DNA of 64,000 nucleotides from Monocercomonoides exilis PA203 (lineage: Eukaryota; Protista; Preaxostyla), in contig LSRY02000032.1 in assembly GCA_001643675.2 (NCBI GenBank), forward strand, positions 620,001 through 684,000, given 5' to 3'. Numbering within the stretch: position 1 is the first letter of the stretch; every line of letters starts with the position of its first letter. Positions 47,330-58,334 of this stretch are shown piece after piece. The notes under the pieces are model-generated. The model was not told the origin of the DNA. It saw only the letters and a program-made list of their open reading frames with translations, and did not search any database. Both the position numbers and the translations under genes were made by a program.

Positions 47330-50300
47330 ATGACTGAAGAGGAAGGAGACAATGAAGAAGCTGCAGAGACAGATGATGGCGCTGGGGAGGAAGCGAACGG
47401 AGGCTGTGAGTAATATGGCAAGCTCGGCACAAATGCAGCAGATGCTGAAGAAGAAGAAGGAGACTGGGAATAAACAGACGCTGGTGAGTTCAGTGGAAGA
47501 TATCCGACTGTTGCAGATGCAGGTGAGCACAGCTGAATCGACGTGGGTGTGCTGCTGGCTGAGTTTGCTGTCTGTGTCTGTGTTGGTGTTTGTGCAAATC
47601 CTTGTGATTGTCCTTGTGATTGTGTTAGTGTTTGTCCTTGTGACTGCATCTGCAGCTGAGTCTGCATCTGTGCCTGCAATTGCATCTGTGCCAGCGACTG
47701 TGCCTGTGCCTGTGCCTGCACTTGTGTCTGCAATGGCGATTGAATCAAGAACTGAATAGGATTCGGAGAGGAAGACGTTGAAGAAGGAGACACATTCGAA
47801 AGTCCCGGTGCTCCTGACGACTCAGAAGAGTGCGATACAACAGACGGAGAAACTTCGGCCATGTTTTGCGCTTCCTGATTAGTCACCGGAGAATTATCAG
47901 CTGACAATGCAGACTGGTCAGAAGGGATGAATGAAGGGGTGATGCTGCTCAGCTGCTTCTGTGCTGCCTCCACCTCACTTCCATTTGACTGTGAGGGAGA
48001 AGAGACAGCTGACGATAATGACGATGATGATGCAGTTGTTGTATCAGGTGTCGAGAGTGAGGAGAAGCCGAGTGTGGCTGATACAATCTCCTCACTCCCA
48101 ACAGAAGAGGCAGGGTCTGTCTGCAGGGCACTCGCAATGGGCAGAGAAAAAGCAGCAGACGAGGCAGCAGCAGAGGGGAGCACAGTCACTGCGAAGGGAG
48201 AGGGTGAGGGGAGGTTATAGGGCTTGGAGTCAGTTATGGATGAAGGAGAAGAGGAAGAAGAGGAGAGGGAAGATGAAGAGGGAGAGGAAGAAGAAGAGGA
48301 AGAAAACTGGACTAATGGAGGAATGATGATGGGCATGCCACGAGCATCAATCCCTGGCTGTGGTAGAAACTTTGACACATTCAATGAAGAAGCAGCAGAT
48401 GAAGATGAAGATGGAGGAGGCGGGGGAGGAGGCGGGGGAGGGGGTGGAGGAGGAGGAGGAGGAGGGTGTCCATATGGAATATGGATAGAGTTATATTGCT
48501 GTTGCTGTTGTTGCTGCAATTGTTGCAGTTGTTGTTGTTGTTGTTGTTGAGGCATCTGAGCAGACTGTGCATAGAATGGGTATGACTGAGGCAGAGCATT
48601 GCTCACATCTTGTGGCTTGTTGTGGAACGAGACGAACTGTGGCTGCTGGAAATACATCTGCTGCTGTTGCTGTGGTTGTTGTGGTTGTAATTGTGGTTGC
48701 ATTTGAGACTGGATTTGATTCCGTGGCTGAGGCAAAGGCAGCATCTGCTGTGTGTTTCCCATTTGATACATTCCTCTTGGCTGTTGTTGCTGCTGTTGTT
48801 GTTGTGAGTATTCCATCTGCGCTGCTTTCTGCTGCATTGCCATAAGAGCCATCTGAGGTTGTTGCTGTTGTTGAATCTGTTGTTGTATTTGTTGTTTGTT
48901 CTGATACATCCTCTGAGCATCTTCTGACACATTACTCACCAATCCATCATATCCAGCTGTCTTTGCATGTGCTGCATTCATCATCTGATGAGGAGGCAGA
49001 GGCGTCTGCTGCCCCATTGCAACATGAGCTGCTTGTTCTGAGTGCATTTGAAGGGGAAAAGATTGAGATTGAGACTGAGACTGGGAAAGTGTGTTGAATG
49101 GAGGATATTGTGGCTGCTGGGGAAGAGAAGGAGCAGGAAGCAGGCTGCGCGCAGTGGTTGTGCTAAAATGAGGAGGGGGTGGAAGATATTGAGGGTGGGC
49201 AAAGGGAAGGGGCTGGGCAGTTGAAGATGATAATAGGGAAGAAGAAGAGGAAGAAGAAGAAGTTGATGATGATGAGGCATTGTTCATTGAGGGTTGTTTC
49301 TGAGAGTTCAATGAAGAACCTGTGGAAGTAGATGAAGATGAAGAAGAAGAGGAGGAAGAGGAAGAAGAATATGTTGATCCAGATGCAGATGAAGATGGCT
49401 GAGCAAAGTGTTTTGCTGAAGGCGCATAGCGGAAAGAAGAAGGTGTGCGCATCTGATCTCTTCCAGAAGAAGCCGAACCAAAAGAAGAGGAGGAAGAAGA
49501 AGAAGAAGAAGAATTAGGAATCATTCCATTTCGTGGATTCCACAAGAAACCTGAAGAGTTGAGCTTTGCATCTTCTGGATGAGAGTTCGAAGAAGAATAA
49601 GAAGAAAAAGAAGAATTTGAAGAGGAGGAAGAAGAAGAAGAAGAAGAAGCAGGACGAGAGCGGAAGTTGCTGTCTCTGATGCGCTCTGGATACGAAGAAA
49701 AGGGGCGTGTTTGTGTTGGTCCAAATGAGGATGATACAGAAGAAGAAGAAGAGGAAGAAGAGGAGGAAGAGGAGGAAGAGGAGGAGGAAGAAGAAGATGA
49801 TGATGATGAAGGAGGAGGACGATGCTGCATTTTCGGGCTCTGCTGCTCCAAAGAGCGTAGCTTGTAAGACATAAGAACACCTTTGAAATAGAAAGGGTTG
49901 GGAACTGAATTCAAGATCTCGAGTGCTGCCTGAGGGAAACAGATGAAATTGGAATAACAGAAAGAAATCATTCAATCAGATGGAATGGTGGAGGGGGAAA
50001 AAAGCAAAGATGAAATGACAATAATATTGTAAAAGAAGAAAAATGATACAAAAATACATAAAAATTCCTTCATTAAAATTGATTTTTAAAAATAATTTTT
50101 TTTTCTCATTCTTCATCCAATCCACACTTTCTGTCCCTTTGGGGTGAGTGAGTATTCGACAGAGCCACAGAAAAGCTCTCCGCGAAAGACAATCGGAACC
50201 AAGTCGACACGAGGCACGAGATATTTGAAGTGGACGACAGGAGAATGGGGGTGCTGGTGGACAGGCATCAGCCCAGCAGCAGAGGAGGTGTGGATGTACG

Positions 50301-51717
50301 GGCCAGAGGAGTAGGAGGAGAAGGAGGAAGAAGAGGAAGAGGACGAGGATGACTTAGAAGAAGAAGAGGAGGAAGAAGAGGAAGAAGAAGAAGAAGACTG
50401 AGGAAGACCAAACAGACCGGGTGATGCTTCCTCAATCATCTTCACAAACCGCTCTCTTCTCTTCAGAAAGAGCGTCGTGTCAAACTTCGCTGACTCCAGC
50501 GGGCTTAAATTCGGTGGCTTTTCAACAAACAGGCTGGCTTTATCGCTCGAGGAATACGCAAATATCTTGTCGTCTTCGCCTTCAGCCCCTTTTTCTTCTC
50601 CTTTTTCATCGGCACTTTCTTTCGCGCTTGAGTTGCTTTCCTCATTCGACCTGGTGCCTTCCTTGTTGTGTTTTGCACCTCCTTTCTTCTTATCTGTCGT
50701 TTTTTCTGACTCACCCTCTGTTGCCCTCTTCTTGTTGGTCGCCAATTTTTCCTTCAGCATTTTCTCCGCCATGGCTTCTTTTACAACTTTTCCATCTCCA
50801 TCATCCGCAAGATAAACAAACAATTCCTGCAATAGACGCTCGTTGGTAACAGTCGAAAATTCGAGCAATCTCGTTGAGTCAAAGGAAAGAAGGATGGTGT
50901 TGGTAAATGAATTTATGTGTAACGGCTTAAATTGAAAATCATTGCTTCGAAGTTTCCTAAAAAGAACATTGCGCCCATCTTCTTTTCTTGCTAAATCTGT
51001 CTGTAAGTATGCAACTCTTTCATCAGGATAATACTCTACTCCATATATATGGTCCAATTTCCTTTCATATAAAAAATTGATGAAACATTCTATTGTCGCA
51101 AAAAATTGAAAACAATGAAAAATACATTAATTCTGTTTCGGTTGTATATTCGTTGAGATTAATTGCTTTCCAATATTCCTTTCGCTTTTCTTGACTGAAA
51201 AAAACTGCGTCTGTTATTATATAACGGTAATAAATGGAGAATAATTTGTTTATGGATCAAAAATGAAAACTTCACACTTTCCAATTTCATAACCGGAGAT
51301 ACAAACTTCAAAAATGCACTATAAATATCATATAATAATTAATTTAAATCCATACCAGAACTCTTTGCTCAAGAACCCTTTGAGCTTCTTCACGAGATGA
51401 AAATTCAATAAATCCCGTCGTGTGTTGAACAGATTCGTTTTCTCTTTCAAGTACATTCATAGATACAATCGGAACTTGCTTTGAAAGTTCTTCTTTTAAT
51501 TCTTGTGCATTTATTCTTCGCAAAATTGCAAAGTGCAAAATTGCTTTAACAAGAATAAATAAATTAATAAAAGTTGATTGATTTTTAATGATAAAGACAG
51601 CACAAACATGTCAAAGGCATCAAATGCTTTATAACCCTTAAAGCCATTGATGCAGGCTAGTTTTTTAAATTTTATACTTGCAAGAAAATAGAATCCAAAA
51701 ACTACATATGCACCCAT
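46945..51717 (-). CDS. Putative RNA-binding protein: N-terminal RRM-like region plus about 1000-aa S/Q/P-rich prion-like tail, about 6 exons
   Basis: Spliced model from ATG 51717 gives MGAYPASM..INAQELKEELSKQVPIVSM..TGFIEFSSREEAQRVL (RNP1-like). It continues through ORF 50113-51057 into ORF 46945-49971. Confidence 0.6.
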
Positions 51718-51830
51718 TGTAAATTTTTGATTGAGTTAAAAAATTTCCGAAATGATAAAAACAAATTTATTCTCCTCATCAGAAATGCATTTGAAACGGT
51801 TTTGCATTGTTTGAATTCATAAATTTATTG

Positions 51831-51862
<32 letters not shown>

Positions 51863-52151
51863 GAAAATGAATTGATAAGAATTATTCTAAAAAATAAGCA
51901 ATAATAAAATTATAAAAATTCAGTCATAAGAACAACATATGGCTGATCTTTTTTGAAATCACACTTTTGTCCGAGTTATGATCGAAAATTTTTTCTCAAT
52001 GGGATTTGTGTCAAAATTTGTTTCTGCAATAACAACATAATGAACGACATGCATTTACAATTTTGGTACATTTTTTCAAAATTCTATTGAAATTAAAATT
52101 TTGATCAATACTGAACGAAAGCTTAATTTCAAAAAGGATCAACCATATATA

Positions 52152-52558
52152 TAGTTGGTGTTAATAATGGTGGATACTTTCAATAATGGTGGACAGTCGC
52201 ATTATTTTTACAACTATTGATAGTTGCTTTTTGACAATTAACCCAATTATTCCCTCATTGAATATGAACTTATGAAACATACAGAAATGAAACAGTTTAC
52301 TCTGCAGAATTTTGAAAAAAAACATTTTTTCTTTTCGGAGAAACTGAGAGAATCTTGTTTCTTCGAGTTTCTCCGAAAATAGAAAATTTCTATTTCTTTA
52401 TTCTTGGGAGCAAGTTGTTTCATTTTTGTATGACTTATATGTTTGTATTCAATGAGGGAATAATTTGGTTAATTGTCAAAAAGCAACTATCAATAGTTGT
52501 TGAAATAATGCGACTGTCCACCATTATTGAAAGTGTCCACCATTATTAACACTAACTA
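52152..52558. mobile_element. 407-bp fold-back MITE with TA target-site duplication (Tc1/mariner-like)
   Basis: The left end TAGTTGGTGTTAATAATGGTGGATACTTTCAATAATGGTGGACAGTCGC... is the reverse complement of the right end over more than 110 bp with few mismatches. Looser pairing continues to the centre (about 52350). TA flanks both sides (52150-52151 and 52559-52560). Confidence 0.85.
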
Positions 52559-52574
52559 TAAACGAATTTTTATT

Positions 52575-53085
52575 TGTGTTTCTCTTTTTGAAAAGTCCAA
52601 AATGTTTGTTTTTCAGGTTCATTGAAAAAATGCTTTTTTTCATTAATGCAAACAAAAAATTGTCATTTTTGAACTGGGTGATTATTTTTGAAATCATATC
52701 ATTTCATTCAAATTTTTCGATCAGAAAATATTCCATGAATATTAACAAAAGAATAGTGAAAAGAGAAAATACTAATTAAAGATATCTTCATCATTATAAC
52801 AGTTTTTGCATTTGTATTTGAAGTGATTTTGATGAAATTTGTCATTATAATACAAAATCTCTATTCAATAATAGCAACCTTTGAAAATTCAGTATTCCGA
52901 AAAAAGTTATGATTTCAAAAATAATCACCCAACTGAAAGCAAATCATTGAATATTGTTTATTTTTCATTGTCTCAATTTGAAACAGAGGAAGAGTTCATG
53001 AATCTATTGCAAAATTCGTGAAAAAATATGAAATTTGAATGAACCTGAATTTTTTAAATTTGCGACTTATCAAAAAAATTACACA
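52575..53085. repeat. Second, degenerate nested inverted-repeat element
   Basis: Exact 24-bp inverted repeat at 52675-52698 / 52908-52931. Outer inverted pair TTCAGGTTCATT (52612-52623) / AATGAACCTGAA (53038-53049), with weaker pairing beyond. Confidence 0.6.
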
Positions 53086-53765
53086 TTTCTGATTATGTTA
53101 AAAAAAATCTTTTCAAAAATTTTTTGATATTTACACGAGATTTCAATTGAACATTTTTTTTAATGGTGTTAATTTCAAATAACAATAATTGTTCTTAATA
53201 TTTCAGATAGCTGAAACATCTCTTGTTTTATTTTAAAGAACAATTAAAAAATAGGCAAGAATTTTCTAGTTTTTGTTGATACGATAAGCATATTAAAAAT
53301 AAAAAACACTCAGTAGTGAAAAATCTGGAAGCAATTTTATTCAACATTCATTTCATGATAAAGTCATAATGTTTTTGTTCTTTGACTCAAATTACACACA
53401 CTCTTTTCAAAATAAATAAATAAATAAATAAATAAATAAATAGGTGATTTTTATTTTGAAATCAAAATTTTTGTTCCAAAATATAAAGTTTAAAATTCAT
53501 GTTTTGAACTTTTTTGATGAACATAACAAAGGGATAACTCCAATTGAAAACAATTCAATCTGTCTTTTGCGTCAAGCGTTTTCTTTTATTCAATTTGATA
53601 AACAATTAATTTTTGAAAAAAAAATTATCACGTAAATGACAATGGATTCTCATTATTATTAACACCCCGAAAATAGTTATGATTTCAAAAATAATCAACC
53701 AAATTTGAAAATAAAATAAATAAAAATAAAACAGAAAAATCAAAAAAATGAAACAAATCTCTTAT

Positions 53766-53798
<33 letters not shown>

Positions 53799-54015
53799 CA
53801 TTCCAAAACGTTTTTTGTTATTTACTCAATTTAGAAATAAAAAACGAAACACATCTTGCTAATTTAATTATTTATATAGTGTTTTTAACATTTATTTCCA
53901 TCTATTTTAAAGAAATATTCGAAAATGTTCGTTTGTTATCCCATTACTATTTATTTTTTTAATAAAAATTTTGAATATTTTAATTTGATATTGCTAAATA
54001 TCTTTGTATTGCTAA

Positions 54016-57000
54016 ATGATAAATGCAGATAAACGACAGAAGTTTTGTGCATCAGCTTATCAGAGGAAAGGTTTAGTTGATGATGAAGTTGATGCAGAAT
54101 TCAGAGATATTGCACAATTACTCGGAAATGAACCTCTTTTTCCTGTAACAACCTCAAAGAAAAAAGAAAACGATGACGTTTCATCAACACATCTTTCGCT
54201 TGAAGAAGAAACGGACAAATTACTTTCTGGAGTCCGATTTACTTCTGAAAGAGCCGGGAGAGCAATTGATTTAATTGAAACATCTGGCCTTGCTCGTCAA
54301 ATTCCAACAAAAAAAGTTCATCTTCCATATAGTCTTAAGTTCAATGATGGAGAGCCTACTACGTCATCAGGTTTTTTTTGTGATTCTTCATCCGAAGCTG
54401 GAGAGCAATCAAATCAGCAACACTTGGAATCTGCACGAGCTCATGCACGTGCAAGATTTGTTTCACAGATGCAAGAAAAAAATATTGAGCAAGTTAAAAT
54501 TTGTGCTCAGGTTTGCGCCATTAAGCAGTTTTTATATAATTGATTTTGCATTGAAAAGCAAACCATCAACGAACTAGAAAAGAATTATATAATTCAATTG
54601 GATAATCTTCGTGAAGATAATTTGAAGCTTGAGGCAAGAACATCTGTTTGGAAAATTATTATTTTTTTTTAAAAAATTTTCAATTTTTTACATAATTACT
54701 TCTTTTACAGCATGCGGAAAAGGCTCACAAAGAATTGCAACAAGAGCTTGACGATTCCCACCGAATAATTGATCTGCTTAATTCAAAAATCCGTGTTTTG
54801 ACAGAACATCAAGTGGAGCTTGAGCAAAAATTGGAGCAGTATCGAACAATGGAGCCAATTCTATCTGCAATGACGTCAAAATTCGCTTTCACAACACCCG
54901 AACAAGCTGTTGAGAAGATGGAAAGATTGGAAGCAAGAGAAGTCGAGTTATTTGTCCAGTTAACAGAATCACAACAACGAGTGAATGAAGTCGAAAGAAA
55001 GGTTTTATACTTCAGTTTTTCTTATTCTTAACCATTCAAAACATTTATTTCTATTTCATTTAATTCAAATTCCTCCTCATGCTCCATCCCCTCCCCTTCT
55101 ATTTCTTTTTTCTTCATTTTATTTTATTTTATTTCTTTTTTCTTCTCTTCTCTTCTCTTCTTTTTTCTTCTTTCCTTTTCTTCTCTTCCTTTCTCACATC
55201 CCACCAGCTCCAAGAAGTCCAGCAGCAGATGCGCGACGAAGCCACCTCCCGCCGCTCCGACCTCCTCTTGTCTGTCCAGAAGACACAGCGCGATCTTGAA
55301 GAAGCGCGCAAAAATGCCCATTCGGCTGAGGCTGCCCTGCAGAAAGTGACGCAGAGCCAGCAGTGCTGGAGCCACGTCGCCCTCTCCCTCCGCCTGCTCT
55401 ACGAGGCGGTCTCTGGACGGAAGCTTGCTGAGTTCTATGAGAAGAGCGGGGGGAAAGGAGGAGGGAAAGAGAAGGAGAAGGAGAGGGAGAGGGAGAATGA
55501 TGATTCATTAGACACATCGCAGTCTTCTGACATTTTATCACCCTCTTCATCCTCCTCTTCCTCTTCCTCTTCTGCCTCTTCTTCTCTCCTCGACCCCACC
55601 CTCATGGCACCAGATCCAGATGACCTGGAGATGCTTGTGCGTGCGCTGACGATGTATGTGAGCGGGCGCAACGAGACAGAAGCCGGCAAAAGAGTGCGAG
55701 AATTCACAGGGATCGCAAACACGATCTGGCTGAAGCACTTTGCAGACATCCCAGAGCTGAAGTTTGCGCCGAAAAAGGTGTTTGTGAAGCTGTCTGCGAT
55801 GGTGGATGTGCTGAAGGCTACGATTGCAGAGCTGCAGCAGCGGGACAACCGGATGAGGTTTGAGGTGTCGGAGATGAAGAAGGAGAAGAACAAGATGAGT
55901 GTGGAGAACAGAGCTCTGAAGAACCGCATCACAGACGCAGAGCAGGCGCAGCGGGAGGCGATCGAGCGGAGGCTGAAAGTGGTGGCGGACAGACAGAAGG
56001 AGATGCAGAATTCGAAGAGAAGCTCTGAAAAGACAGCACGAAGACAGGCAGAAGGAGATGGAATGAACTGTCTATCTGCCACTGCCTCTGCTTCTTCTTC
56101 TTCTTCTTCTTCTTTTGGTTCTGGCTCTGCTTCTGCTTCTGCTTCTTCTGCCACAACTTCCCGCTCGTTTGGGTCGCTTCGGCCGCACACTTCACACGAG
56201 CTGGGAAGAACAGGCAAGCGCCCCTCATCTTCAGCCTCTGGCACGACAAGTGGCGGGTTTGGTGCAACATCTTCTTCATTTGCATCATCATCATCATCTT
56301 CTTCTTATTTTGCTGCTTCTTTTGCTGTGAAAGACAGTCTGTCTGAGACGTTTTCGCCTGCAGCCACGAAAAGAAGGCAAGGGGCGTATTCAGCACATTC
56401 AGGAAGGCCGTCTGGGTTGAGCTCGACTTACTCTTCTTCCTCAGGATGTGACATAAACAGAGAGCTCAGCAAAATGAAGGAGAAGCAGATGAACGGCGAG
56501 CCCTTTGCAGAAAACGCATCTTCTTCCTTTTTCATCACACAAAACAGCGCAGCGGTCGAAGCATCGCCTGGCCTGTCTCTTTTCCGCTCTCCTGCTTCTT
56601 CTTCTTCTTCTTCTTCCTCTTCCTCTTCTCCTCAATCCACCACCACTTCCCGCCCTCGCTCCTCCAACTCCTTCGTGTCCCACCATTCTCTGAAGACACC
56701 CGACAGCGCAGACAGCACAGCACGCTCTGTTCCCTTCTCCATTCCTCCTCCTCCCCGTGCGCTTGTCTCTGCCCCTGTGACGACGTCTCATCTTTTGTCT
56801 TCGAAGATGTCTTCATTGGACATCGCCACACAACATGCAGCTGAGGGCGAGCAGATACACAAGAGACAGATTATGGTGCAGGACTCCATAGACGCGAGGA
56901 TTAAAGAGAGGGAGAAGCTGATGTCGGTGCTGCACGCACCCATTTCACAGACGATGGCTTCTTCTTCTTCTTCCTCTTCTTCCACTTCATCTTCATCATC

Positions 57001-57175
57001 ATCTTCTTCAACTACTTCACCTCACCAGACACAAGAATACGCTGCTGCAAGCCGATCTATTCAAACACCAACCTCTCAAAGTCGCCAGTTACCTTTCTAT
57101 CTTCGGGGCAATCAGAGCTTCCAAGAATCGAAAGAACAGATAACTAAACTTTTGGAAAAAAGCAAAATATCTTGA
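54016..57175 (+). CDS. Coiled-coil protein with Ser-rich tail, 4 exons (weak resemblance to CCDC42/CFAP73-type coiled coils)
   Basis: Three GT-AG introns join 54016-54510, a short middle exon (QTINELEKNY..), the 54711-55001 exon and the final exon ending at TGA 57175. Heptad-rich LEQKLEQYRTMEPILSAM..EKMERLE. Confidence 0.7.
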
Positions 57176-57384
57176 ATCATAAAAAGTTGTTTTTTGTCTT
57201 TTCTCAATAATTTCTGCTTTTTGTTAATATTGTTAGGCCTCTTGTACTTCGCCTATTATGTTATTATATTTATATTTCTTTCCTTATTGTTATTTTATCG
57301 AGAAAGTATTTTTTAAATACTTTTTGTTGATCTTTATCAACATGCTGTTATGGATGTTGATCAAGACAAGAGAAAGAATCATCA

Positions 57385-57740
57385 ATGATCATTCCAATTA
57401 GATGCTTTACATGTGGAAAAGTTGTTGGAAATAAATGGGAAACATACCTTGAATATCTTGCACAGGGAATGTCAGAAAGGTATATTTTGAGAATTTTTTT
57501 TTCAATCCAACTTAATTCGTAATAAAAATTTCATTTCTAATTTGTTATTTCGTTCAAAAGCGATGCCCTGGACAAGCTTGAATTGCACAGATATTGCTGC
57601 CGTATTATGCTTTTAACGCATGTTGATCTTATCGATAAGCTACTGAGCTACACTCGTTTGTGGATTTATTTATTGCTTATTTATGCAATAACTAATTTTT
57701 TCCCAATTTTCTAGCTTCTGAAAAACCTTCAGAACAATAA
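57385..57740 (+). CDS. POLR2L: RNA polymerases I/II/III shared subunit RPB10 (3 exons; not in ORF track)
   Basis: Exons 57385-57479, 57561-57655 and 57715-57740 give [55 protein letters not shown].. Confidence 0.97.
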
Positions 57741-58334
57741 TCATACCTTCAAGAAACTAATTTTTAACCAAAAATTCACATGTTTCATTTCAAAGCTTCT
57801 TTTAATTTTCATTTCATTAAACAGGTAATATTTGTAATTTAATAAGGTATTTCTTTTGATAAAGTGAACTTTAGTTTTTGTAACAGCTCTTTTGCCATTT
57901 TAAAGGAAAACTTTGAAATGTTTTTTTGAAAAATCTAAAATTGTTTCATTTTTATTGTTTGATTGTTCTTGGAACGAAAAAGAGTCGTTATTTTTTTATT
58001 TTTTCAGTGCTCAAAGCATCTCTTCAACTTTTTTCATAAGTCTCCACTGATAAAATTCAGGCTATAAAGAAAATTAGCATCCAATCTCAAAATGAACTGA
58101 ATTTTTGAAATTCTGTTGTTCACCAATGAACGAGAAAAATTTCAAAGAACCATGAGGAATTTCAAAGATGAGATGAAAGCTCAGAGTGATGCATCAACAT
58201 TTTTGAATGTTAAAAGTCTTCCACGAAATCAAAATGAAAAAAAGATCAAAAAATTATGATCAAAATGCGATATTGGCCTTTTCAGTGAAAAAGGGATCGT
58301 GATGCATCAATTCTTATAAATCTGATTTATTAAT

